A DNA stretch of 64,000 nt from Opitutaceae bacterium (GTDB lineage: Bacteria > Verrucomicrobiota > Verrucomicrobiia > Opitutales > Coraliomargaritaceae). The DNA is taken from contig JBPOFY010000002.1 of the NCBI GenBank assembly GCA_051252375.1, positions 1-64,000 of the forward strand. The letters run 5' to 3'. Positions within the stretch are counted from its first letter, which is position 1. Each line of letters begins with the position of its first letter. The notes beneath the pieces are model-generated. The model saw nothing but the letters and a program-made list of their open reading frames with translations. It searched no databases and was not told where the DNA came from. The position numbers were made by a program, and so were the translations under genes. This document shows positions 1-8,248 of the stretch, one piece after another.

Positions 1-951
1 GAAAGTCAATATCTCGGCACCACCAACGGTGATAGCTTGAGCACTAGACAAAGTCAAATCCCCCAATGTAACCGCTACATCAAGAGTCGCCGTGACTGGA
101 ACAGTCAGTGGAAGCGCGTCGCTAAAGATCGCCTCCGCACTTGCGGCGTTCGGCACGGAACTGGACCAATTCGCAGGAGTGGACCAATCGCCAATGCCGT
201 CAACCTGCCAAATAGGCGTCGTCAGAATAATCGAGTCGAATGTAAGACCACCAATGCCAGCCCCCTGCGTGGCCAGACGCTTACTGCCCAACACCTGATA
301 AGTTCCATCGGCATCGATATCAAAAAAGACCCATCCCGTATTGGTTCCTCCTGGGTTAAGTGCCAGTTGGCTCGTGGCGTGGTCACCTACCGTGGCGGTA
401 TTCACCCCGTCAGTGAGCTGAATCGAAGTTGGATCCCAACGGCCATTGGTTGAACCTTCAGTGCCGCTGAGCACCCCCACCCGTACAATCGTGTTAATAG
501 GCAGACCGGAGACAGTGAATGAAACCACGTGGCGAAATGATCCTGCGCCGCCGCCAGTCCCAAGAGCAACACCAGCGACTTTGTTCGAACCGTCGAGGAC
601 CAGAGGATCGTCGATCACACCGTAACCAGCGTATTCGTCTGCGATAGAGTTAAAATCTGCTCCCTGAGCAACTGCTGTGACGTAAGATGGAAGACTCTCA
701 ACGCGCTGCGCGAAGGGCTGACCATTCTCCGAGACACCGTCGAAGTCACCGAAGAATAGCCAACCGTCGGTGCCAAGGCCACCACTAGAGTCAATGTCGT
801 TGGTGCCTTTCGTCAGCCAGTCGTCACCAGTCTCGGTGTAAGCAGTGGTGCTGCCATGGATAGTAATCGCGGCGTTTGCGGAACTAAGTCCGCCGAGCAG
901 AAATGCGCTTAGCGCGCATAGGGCTCTTTTTGTATATATGGGATATTTCAT
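1..951 (-). CDS. Secreted protein, probably autotransporter-associated beta-strand repeat / surface protein (runs off the left edge; absent from the ORF track)
   Basis: ATG at 951 opens MKYPIYTKRALCALSAFLLGGLSSANA (signal peptide), then a G/T/D-rich mature region with no stop before position 1; WQVDGIGDWSTPANWS motif typical of Verrucomicrobia beta-helix passenger proteins. Confidence 0.8.
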   Translation of the reverse strand, partial: MKYPIYTKRALCALSAFLLGGLSSANAAITIHGSTTAYTETGDDWLTKGTNDIDSSGGLGTDGWLFFGDFDGVSENGQPFAQRVESLPSYVTAVAQGADFNSIADEYAGYGVIDDPLVLDGSNKVAGVALGTGGGAGSFRHVVSFTVSGLPINTIVRVGVLSGTEGSTNGRWDPTSIQLTDGVNTATVGDHATSQLALNPGGTNTGWVFFDIDADGTYQVLGSKRLATQGAGIGGLTFDSIILTTPIWQVDGIGDWSTPANWSSSVPNAASAEAIFSDALPLTVPVTATLDVAVTLGDLTLSSAQAITVGGAEILTF

Positions 952-1382
952 ATGTTGGGGGTTATTCATTGGGTTAATGATTTCTTTAGTAATTTCGAAA
1001 AAGTCTCTGCCAGAAATCGCTGGCAAATGTGACAATGATATTAGAGGGGGATACAGAGTAAATATTGACTATATCATAAAACTATCACCTTGGATATCAC
1101 TGGAAACAGGTATTTTCGGACATTATTACACAGTCTCGATTTCGGCACAGCTTCACATGCGTGATAACCGCCTAAAACGCAGTTTAAAAGCAGTCATGAG
1201 CTGACTATTGCTGGTATAGGGGAAATTTAACCTGAGAATAAATTATTAGACTCCATAAAGACTTTCGGGTTCAACGATCCGATTAGACGGTCGAAAAACT
1301 CGGTCGCACCACAGACTGCTGCTAGGATCCGGTTGGCTACGACACTCAAATCCAGCAAGTATCGACTCGAATCGCTACAGAT

Positions 1383-2414
1383 TTAAGCTGTAGGGCAAGA
1401 AGTTCCCGCAATAAATCGGGGCTGGTTCAATATTACTTTCGGACTGAACGCCTGCCCCGAGTCGCCATTTTCGATACGCTCAAATAATAGCTTAGCGGCG
1501 TTTCTGCCGATTTCAGATGGGTTCTGATCAAAGCTTGAAAGTGCCACACGCGGATCACGTAAATTCAAGGCACCAAAACCTATAATCTTCACATCATCAG
1601 GTATCGATAGATTCAATGCCTTGCATGAGTGCCAAGCACTAATCCCAAGACGGTCCGCAACCGCAAAGACGCCGTCAAACTGGCCAGCATACTTCCGAAG
1701 CTCCGCATCAATCAGTTCTCCATTATAAAGGAAATCATTCGTCACGACTTCCGTGACTAGTTCCATGCCGAACTCAGCCAATCCTGCTTTAAAGCCTTCG
1801 ATACGTTTCCGACTCGTGCTGACAAAATCACCAGGCGAGATGAGCACCACACGCTTACAACCATTTTTCGCAAGCACCTGTGCCGCTTCGCGTCCGCCGG
1901 CAATATCATCGGTGCCGACAAAATCTGCCTCCAAACGACGCACATCACGGTCCACCAATACCAATGGTATCTTACGATCGATCACCTCCTTAAAATAAAG
2001 CGGACTCGCCTCCTCATTTACCGGCACCAGCAAAATACCATCCACACGGCTTTCGAGTAGACGATTGATCAACTTCGATTGTTCATCAAACGCCTTTTCG
2101 CCCATGTTACCACTGACAAAATCAAGCGACATCATGATGTCCTTCTCGCTAAAGAACTCGTAAGCTCCTTCCAAAATCCCATGAACAAAATAATTCTTAG
2201 CTGGCACCACCAAGCTGACGATGCCGCTACGACCACTTTGCATTCCACGCACAAGACGATTCGGCTTATAGCCCAAGTGCTCGGCGATATCTTGAATACG
2301 TTGCTGCGTCTTTGCCGAAACGTTCGCTTGATTGCGAAGCACACGTGAGACTGTCATTATTGAAACCCCAGCTTCAGCCGCGATTTGTTTCATACTTGGT
2401 GATTTTCCGCTCAT
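1383..2414 (-). CDS. LacI family transcriptional regulator
   Basis: N-terminal HTH SMKQIAAEAGVSIMTVSRVL, hinge YKPN, periplasmic-binding-type sugar domain (VLVDR, IPDDVKIIGFG). Confidence 0.95.
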   Translation of the reverse strand: MSGKSPSMKQIAAEAGVSIMTVSRVLRNQANVSAKTQQRIQDIAEHLGYKPNRLVRGMQSGRSGIVSLVVPAKNYFVHGILEGAYEFFSEKDIMMSLDFVSGNMGEKAFDEQSKLINRLLESRVDGILLVPVNEEASPLYFKEVIDRKIPLVLVDRDVRRLEADFVGTDDIAGGREAAQVLAKNGCKRVVLISPGDFVSTSRKRIEGFKAGLAEFGMELVTEVVTNDFLYNGELIDAELRKYAGQFDGVFAVADRLGISAWHSCKALNLSIPDDVKIIGFGALNLRDPRVALSSFDQNPSEIGRNAAKLLFERIENGDSGQAFSPKVILNQPRFIAGTSCPTA

Positions 2415-2440
2415 GTTAATCTAACAATTGATATTAACAT
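2413..2440. promoter_or_regulatory. Candidate LacI operator (autoregulatory)
   Basis: TGTTA-ATC-TAACA palindrome at 2414-2426 inside the larger inverted repeat ATGTTAAT...ATTAACAT, overlapping the regulator start codon. Confidence 0.5.
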
Positions 2441-2614
2441 AGTATTTAACAAGCACGAACTGTGTGCGAACCGCGTGCCCTACAGTGTAAAAAGAAATAC
2501 AAAGCTGAACAGCTGATTTAAGCACAGTCCAGAATGGTAGCAGTCTGACTGAATGCGTGCTTCGCGCGCGCTAGATCATGGGCTATGTTATGCGTAGCTC
2601 GCAATCCGAAGCCA

Positions 2615-2690
<76 letters not shown>

Positions 2691-2763
2691 CATTCAAAGA
2701 GGGCTAGATTCATGACAGTTTGATTGGGGTCAACGCGAAACTCGTAGGAGCGACATAGATATT

Positions 2764-2895
2764 AACTACGAAAAACACAAAAACCGCGAAATATGGTAAT
2801 AGGTGCTTTCTTGTCCGTGAATTACTCAGGTGCTGTGTTTGCTCGGTTGCTATCTCAACCATAGCATTTTCGAGTTTTTCGCGCCTTACGTAGTC
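2764..2895. repeat. Degenerate long palindromic intergenic element (REP/MITE-like)
   Basis: Left arm ACTACGAAAAACACAAAAACCGCGAAAT..ATGGT pairs imperfectly with right arm ACCAT..ATTTTCGAGTTTTTCGCGCCTTACGTAGT. Confidence 0.55.
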
Positions 2896-2920
2896 ACAAT
2901 CCTGCCTGTTTTTAAATGAA

Positions 2921-2985
2921 ATTGAGATTCAGTATCAAAAAGGCTTGACGCTGCTTTTCTCGTGCTATTGAGACTCATTCTCTTT
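2921..2985 (+). promoter_or_regulatory. Two Fur-box-like sites flanking a TTGACG -35-like hexamer
   Basis: ATTGAGATTCAGTATCAAA (2921-2939) and ATTGAGACTCATTCTCTTT (2967-2985) resemble the TGAnAATnATTnTCA Fur palindrome; TTGACG at 2945-2950. Confidence 0.55.
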
Positions 2986-3009
2986 AATTAATTCAAGTTT
3001 AAAACTATC

Positions 3010-4326
3010 ATGAAACGTAACAAACTTCTAACCTTCCTCGCGCTTTGCGGGGCTGCCTTTGTCTCTGCATTGACTGCGCAAGATACGCCGCAAGCGATGC
3101 CCTCAGCTGAGGAGATGTGGCGCATCATTCAAGCGCAGCAAAAGCAGATCGATGCACTCACCCAAATGGTGAAGACGAATCAAGAGGAGGTGGTAAACGC
3201 GAAGAGCGAAGTCGCTAGCGCCAAGGCAGTCGCCTCTAGTGCACAGACCGAGGCGAGCAGTGCGCGTAAGGAGTTGAAAAGCACTCAAGCCCAATTGGAT
3301 GCCACTACCCTCGCGGTAGAAGAAGGTAGCAGCTCCTTCGGCTCTAGCGGTTGGTGGGATAAAACATCGATTGGTGGTTACGGCGAGCTGCACGCAAACT
3401 TTTATGAAAACGCGGATAACCAAATCGATTTTCACCGTTTCGTATTGTTCTTTAATCACGAGTTCAACGACTGGATCACACTCTACTCTGAACTCGAACT
3501 CGAACACACCGTCGCCGGTGAAGGTCAACCAGGTGAAATCGAGTTGGAGCAAGCGTTCGTCCGCATGGATTGGACAGAGAACTTCAATACAGACGCCGGT
3601 GTCTTCCTAATGCCAGTTGGAATTCTAAACGAAACACACGAGCCTAACACTTTCTACGGTGTTGAGCGCAATAACGTCGAATCACGCATCATCCCATCCA
3701 CATGGTGGGAAGCAGGCCTCAAGGGTAACTATCGCTTTGATAACGGCATCGCATTCGATGGTGGCATCACCTCAGGCCTGGACATCAGCACTACTGGCGT
3801 CATCCGTGGCGCACGTCAAAAAGTGGCACAAGCCATCAACAATGAGGCCGCATTCGTAGGCCGTGCAAAATATACTGGCATCGCTGGCCTAGAAGTCGCG
3901 GCATCGGTTTTCTACCAAGACGACATGGCTCAATCTGCAGATGCCGAAATCTCGGGTCTGCTTTCCGAAGCTCATATTGACTATAACTACGAAGCATTCC
4001 GCATTCGTGCACTCTACGCACGTTGGGATCTCGACGGCACACTTAGCTCAGAAGCTGAAGAGCAATACGGCTGGTATATTGAGCCATCCTACCGCTGGAC
4101 ACTTAGCGAGCGATATGGTGACCTAGGTGTCTATTTCCGCTACAGCGATTACGAATATTACACAGGCACAAGCCTCAGCCAGAACGAGATCTATGAGATC
4201 GGCATCAACTGGTGGCCTACACCTAGCGTCGTCTTCAAGGCAGATATCCAGGATATCAGTGAGTCCGATCAATACGGTAGCAAAGGAGACAGCGTCTTCA
4301 ACCTCGGCGTCGGCTACCAATTCTAA
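3010..4326 (+). CDS. Outer-membrane porin with N-terminal coiled coil (OprO/OprP-like fold)
   Basis: Signal peptide, Q/A-rich coiled coil, IGGYGELH / DFHRFVLF / SELELEH beta-strand motifs, C-terminal YQF BAM signal. Confidence 0.85.
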   Translation: MKRNKLLTFLALCGAAFVSALTAQDTPQAMPSAEEMWRIIQAQQKQIDALTQMVKTNQEEVVNAKSEVASAKAVASSAQTEASSARKELKSTQAQLDATTLAVEEGSSSFGSSGWWDKTSIGGYGELHANFYENADNQIDFHRFVLFFNHEFNDWITLYSELELEHTVAGEGQPGEIELEQAFVRMDWTENFNTDAGVFLMPVGILNETHEPNTFYGVERNNVESRIIPSTWWEAGLKGNYRFDNGIAFDGGITSGLDISTTGVIRGARQKVAQAINNEAAFVGRAKYTGIAGLEVAASVFYQDDMAQSADAEISGLLSEAHIDYNYEAFRIRALYARWDLDGTLSSEAEEQYGWYIEPSYRWTLSERYGDLGVYFRYSDYEYYTGTSLSQNEIYEIGINWWPTPSVVFKADIQDISESDQYGSKGDSVFNLGVGYQF

Positions 4327-4340
4327 AACTGTCCACCGGT

Positions 4341-4392
4341 TGTAGGGCTTGGGCTTGCTCAAAAGTTATTCGCGAGCAACCTAAGCCCTACA
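4341..4392. repeat. GTAG-type REP-like intercistronic stem-loop
   Basis: TGTAGGGCTT..TTGCTC / GAGCAA..AAGCCCTACA inverted repeat between the porin and FMN-binding genes. Confidence 0.65.
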
Positions 4393-4399
4393 CTTTAGG

Positions 4400-4930
4400 A
4401 TGAACTTAAAATTGATAAAGCTTCTCACCCTACTCGGATGTGCTTTTGCCCATCCGAGCTTGTTGCTGCATGCACTAGAAGACATCTATCTAGAGCCTGA
4501 TGCCTTCATCGCACAGAGCTTCGAAGGAGAACCAGAAGCAAAAGTCATTTGGCTGACCAAGCAATCGAAAGCAGAAATCAAAAGTATCTTCGGCAAAGAC
4601 TACCCCGGCCTACGCATTCGCTATTGGCAAAAGGGAAAACGGACTGCTTGGATTCTAGAAGAAATCGGCAAGGTCAAACCGATCACGACTGGCTTTCTAG
4701 TTGAAGACGATGCACTGCTCCAAATGCAGGTCTTGATCTACCGCGAAAGCCATGGATGGGAAGTGCGCTACCCTTTCTTCACGGATCAATTTGAGGGGCT
4801 TGAACTGACCAACGAAAATACGCTAAACAGAAAAATCGACGGAATTAGTGGCGCGACCCTATCTGTCAACGCCCTAACCCGCCTCTCCAAACTGGCCCTG
4901 CATCTGCACAAGGAGGCCATGCAACTATGA
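4400..4930 (+). CDS. Periplasmic FMN-binding (flavinylation target) protein
   Basis: Signal peptide; IDGISGATLS matches the [S/T]GA[S/T] ApbE flavinylation motif; YRESHGWEV motif. Confidence 0.88.
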   Translation: MNLKLIKLLTLLGCAFAHPSLLLHALEDIYLEPDAFIAQSFEGEPEAKVIWLTKQSKAEIKSIFGKDYPGLRIRYWQKGKRTAWILEEIGKVKPITTGFLVEDDALLQMQVLIYRESHGWEVRYPFFTDQFEGLELTNENTLNRKIDGISGATLSVNALTRLSKLALHLHKEAMQL

Positions 4931-5694
4931 GCCTACAATTACCACGTAAGCGCACGATCCTCGCCTGGCATCGCTGGATGGGCTTCGCGTCCGCCCTCTT
5001 TCTACTCGTGCTCTCGGTTACCGGGCTCTTACTGAATCATACCGAGCGACTGGGACTCGACGACATCACGATTCGCAACAGCATGATCCTAGATCGCTAT
5101 GGCATGGCGGCAGGCAATGAAATCACGGCATACCGTATTCATGAATCCAATACGATTGCGCACCTGGACGGACAACTTTTCTACAATGGCGAGCCACTGA
5201 TTCAAGCCAGCGCGCCAATCGACATCATCAAAGACGGCATAACCACAGTCGTCGCGACCGCCGACGCCTTGATTTACTTTACGCCCGATGGTCAGCTCAT
5301 CGAAAAGGTTAGCAACAGCCAGCTCCCCTATGCCACCCTCAGCGCAGTGGGCATAACAGCACGCGGCAAAGCTGTGTTAGTGGCTGAATCCGGCGCGTGG
5401 ACGGCGGACGAAAATTGGCTCGAGTTCCAAAAATACGATGGCGGCTACAACGTCATTCCAATGCTGCAGATAGAGCTCGATGATGAGGCGGCACAGAAGA
5501 TCTTAGACAATTTCCAAGGCGGCGGAGTCTCGCTATATCGTGTGCTTCTAGACCTCCACTCTGGGCGCCTCTTCGGCTGGGGTGGCCGCACATTGATGGA
5601 CCTGAGTGCAGTGGCCATCATTCTCTTAATCACCTCCGGCATCGGCGGATGGCTACGTAAGTCACGCCGCTCCACTGCGCAGCCTACCAACTAA
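4927..5694 (+). CDS. PepSY-associated TM helix membrane protein (putative heme b ferric reductase-type partner)
   Basis: WHRWMG, VTGLLLNH and LLDLHSGR motifs with TM helices; ATGA overlap with the upstream gene. Confidence 0.85.
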   Translation: MSLQLPRKRTILAWHRWMGFASALFLLVLSVTGLLLNHTERLGLDDITIRNSMILDRYGMAAGNEITAYRIHESNTIAHLDGQLFYNGEPLIQASAPIDIIKDGITTVVATADALIYFTPDGQLIEKVSNSQLPYATLSAVGITARGKAVLVAESGAWTADENWLEFQKYDGGYNVIPMLQIELDDEAAQKILDNFQGGGVSLYRVLLDLHSGRLFGWGGRTLMDLSAVAIILLITSGIGGWLRKSRRSTAQPTN

Positions 5695-6644
5695 TGCAAC
5701 GCCGTCGATTCATCACCATCTTAGCGACCAGTGTCGCGGGGCTAAATATAAGCCGGATGGCTTCAGCGAGCCCAAGCCTCGAGCCTGTTCGATGGAGCGG
5801 CTACACTCTCGGCGCAGAGGGTCGCTTTACTTTGTATACCGACAACCGCGCGACCGCGCAGAAGATCTTAAAGCACTGTTTCGCAGAAATTCGCCGGCTC
5901 GAAACAATCTTTAGCCTTTATCAACACGATTCTGAGCTATCGAAACTCAATCGCGATCGTTGCCTAACCGCCCCTTCCGCAGAGTGGAATGCTTTATTGA
6001 ATGCCGCAGATGAAGCACACTCGGCGACTGGCGGACTGTTTGACCCGACCGTTCAACCACTCTGGAAAGCGTATGCGTCTCACTTCGAAAAAAACCCGAA
6101 TACTGAACCTGCCGAAGATCTAATCGACGCAGCTAGGGCCAAAACTGGCTGGGAACACGTGCAACACGACAGGCATTCGATCCAGTTCAATCGACCCGAA
6201 ATGCAACTCACGCTCAACGGGATTGCACAAGGTTTCATCACCGACCACATCACTGACATGCTGCGCAGTGCTGGCTATACAAACGTCTTAGTCGAGCTGG
6301 GCGAAACATGTGCCATTGGCCCCCACCCCGAACAGCGACCTTGGAACATGGGCATCAAAGACGCTAACTCGCCGGAAACCATTAAGGAAGTCGTCGAGCT
6401 AGACAATCAGGCCCTCGCCACCAGTGGCAGCTACGGCAGCAGTTTTTCCAAAGATGGGCGCTACCACCATCTGATTCACCCCAAAACTGGACTTCCAAGC
6501 ACACGCTGGAAAAGCCTCAGCGTGATCGCACCAACGGCAACAGAAGCCGATGCGCTGTCTACCGGCTTGTCCTTCGCATCAGCAGAAGCGATCGAATCAC
6601 TGCTCTCTAAACGCAGTCAGCTACAGATCTTGAGGCAAATTTAG
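5694..6644 (+). CDS. apbE: FAD:protein FMN transferase (ApbE/NosX-like), Tat-exported
   Basis: MQRRRF twin-arginine signal; FDPTVQP, LNGIAQG, ATSGSY, HHLIHP, ADALST motifs. Confidence 0.93.
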   Translation: MQRRRFITILATSVAGLNISRMASASPSLEPVRWSGYTLGAEGRFTLYTDNRATAQKILKHCFAEIRRLETIFSLYQHDSELSKLNRDRCLTAPSAEWNALLNAADEAHSATGGLFDPTVQPLWKAYASHFEKNPNTEPAEDLIDAARAKTGWEHVQHDRHSIQFNRPEMQLTLNGIAQGFITDHITDMLRSAGYTNVLVELGETCAIGPHPEQRPWNMGIKDANSPETIKEVVELDNQALATSGSYGSSFSKDGRYHHLIHPKTGLPSTRWKSLSVIAPTATEADALSTGLSFASAEAIESLLSKRSQLQILRQI

Positions 6645-6764
6645 CCCAAATCGATGCCAAGAGGGCGAAATTTACGAATTAATCATACATCTCCTGTTGA
6701 AATTCGAAACTTTCTGCATTTAGCTTCGATCTCCCCAATACAATTTAACCATAAAAAAATACAT

Positions 6765-7244
6765 ATGAAAAAACTACTAGTTATCTCCATCCTCGCGCTC
6801 GCCGCTTCCCTTTCTTACGCAGGCTCTGATTGCAGCAAAAAATCCTGTGATAAAAAGAAGGACTCCACAGAGACCATCACTACCACTGAAGAGCTCACTG
6901 CAGCCTCCACTGAACTTGCCTGCAAGAAATCTTGCGACAAGAAGGAAGACGCTGCTGACACAAGCACAGAAGAACTTACTTCAGTATCCGCTGAATTCGC
7001 CTGCAAGAAATCTTGCGACAAGAAGGAAGACGCTGCTGACACAAGCACAGAAGAACTCACTTCAGTATCTACAGAACTTGCTTGCGCCAAAACTTGTGGC
7101 GACAAGAAAGACTCTGCTGACACAAGCACAGAAGAGCTTTCCGAAGTTTCAACTGAATTTGCCTGCAAAAAATCTTGCGACAAGAAAGACACAGCCGACA
7201 CAAGCACAGAAGAACTCTTCAGCGCTGACTCAGCGATTGCTTAG
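6765..7244 (+). CDS. Secreted low-complexity protein with five ~27-aa Cys-containing repeats
   Basis: Likely start ATG 6765 (MKKLLVISILALAASLSYA signal peptide); repeats CKKSCDKKEDAADTSTEELTSVSAEFA; followed by an intrinsic terminator. Confidence 0.85.
   Translation: MKKLLVISILALAASLSYAGSDCSKKSCDKKKDSTETITTTEELTAASTELACKKSCDKKEDAADTSTEELTSVSAEFACKKSCDKKEDAADTSTEELTSVSTELACAKTCGDKKDSADTSTEELSEVSTEFACKKSCDKKDTADTSTEELFSADSAIA
6830..7235 (+). repeat. Intragenic ~81-bp tandem repeat, ~5 copies
   Basis: GCCTGCAAGAAATCTTGCGACAAGAAGGAAGACGCTGCTGACACAAGCACAGAAGAACT recurs with 81-bp period; first copy divergent. Confidence 0.93.
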
Positions 7245-7267
7245 TCTTAGCTAAACTGCTTTTACAT

Positions 7268-7301
7268 GAGTCCCGTTGTCAATGACGACGGGACTCTTTT
7301 T
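7268..7301 (+). terminator. Intrinsic terminator
   Basis: GAGTCCCGTTGTC-AAT-GACGACGGGACTC followed by TTTTT. Confidence 0.85.
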
Positions 7302-7305
7302 ATAT

Positions 7306-7614
7306 ATGGATGCCAATACCTATGACTGCATGAACTGTGGCGCTTGCTGTCGGTGCTTTCCTATTTTCGCTAGTGCGCAAGATGCCGAGCTAGAACCACG
7401 GATCAAACGAGAGACCAAGCACCTGGAACCTCACTTGCAGACAGACGATAAAGCATACCTCATGTATCCACTGCCGTTTCACGAACAGTGCGCCTTCCTC
7501 AAAGAAGATCAGCTCTGCCAAATCTATGAGACAAGGCCGCAAGTATGCCGACGTTTTGAAGCGGGCAGCGAACAATGTATCGAAGCGCGTGCGCGCAAGG
7601 GAATCGGCAACTAA
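7306..7614 (+). CDS. YkgJ family cysteine-cluster protein (CxxCxxCC)
   Basis: CMNCGACC ... CAFL ... [14 protein letters not shown] signature; probable start ATG 7306. Confidence 0.9.
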   Translation: MDANTYDCMNCGACCRCFPIFASAQDAELEPRIKRETKHLEPHLQTDDKAYLMYPLPFHEQCAFLKEDQLCQIYETRPQVCRRFEAGSEQCIEARARKGIGN

Positions 7615-8192
7615 GCCAAAGCCTGCTGCACGAGGCTCAAAGCCTTATCTGATAAAGGTAATTTCAGCGCAGCTCCGTGCCCGACCTCGCTCATTTTCCC
7701 CCAGGTCTTTTGCAAGATGCGAACGATTTTATCGTCCTCCCATTTTCCAATGTAGCCTTCAAATTGGTTTTCCAAAAAAACCAAACAAAGCGCATCTTCA
7801 ATCATCTGCACATCGGCATTTGATTTGAGCCCCTGCTTGAGATTCACTGCCACTACCGCATCGATCGTCTCAGTGGTGTAGCCGACAGAAGCTAAAACCG
7901 CGGCACTTTTCTCGGCGTGCATCTTCTTCAAATCACTGCGCCACTGCAGATAAGCGGTGCGACCTTCCGGATACTCACTGCGCGGTCTTTCCCAACGGCA
8001 AAGATGCTGGCAACGAGCAGCCAAGTGCGGGACTTCCCCCGCATCTGGATAAAGCGCCTCAAGCCAACGTGTCATCGCTAAAGCATCGTGCAGCTCTTTT
8101 GGAACATCACCGACTAGGTTTGTATCTTGCGCATTGAGCGCATCAAATTTGTCAATTGCTTGCTTAAAGCGTTCATCTGTTTGGAAAGACAT
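7611..8192 (-). CDS. DUF4202 family protein
   Basis: [43 protein letters not shown] motifs. Confidence 0.85.
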   Translation of the reverse strand: MSFQTDERFKQAIDKFDALNAQDTNLVGDVPKELHDALAMTRWLEALYPDAGEVPHLAARCQHLCRWERPRSEYPEGRTAYLQWRSDLKKMHAEKSAAVLASVGYTTETIDAVVAVNLKQGLKSNADVQMIEDALCLVFLENQFEGYIGKWEDDKIVRILQKTWGKMSEVGHGAALKLPLSDKALSLVQQALA

Positions 8193-8248
8193 GCGCCAAT
8201 GATTGCACCAATTCCGGTCAGAGCAAGTCGGAGTTTATTCAAACATTC

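Noticed and set aside
845..1204. 119-aa + strand ORF
   Set aside because: Overlaps the start and AT-rich promoter region of the minus-strand secreted gene; no recognisable motif.
6830..7235. 81-bp repeats as a CRISPR array
   Set aside because: In-frame coding repeats without unique spacers; no cas genes in the window.
6765..7244. Repeat protein as a multi-flavinylated ApbE substrate
   Set aside because: Repeats lack the [S/T]GA[S/T] motif (DAADTST only); not supportable from sequence.
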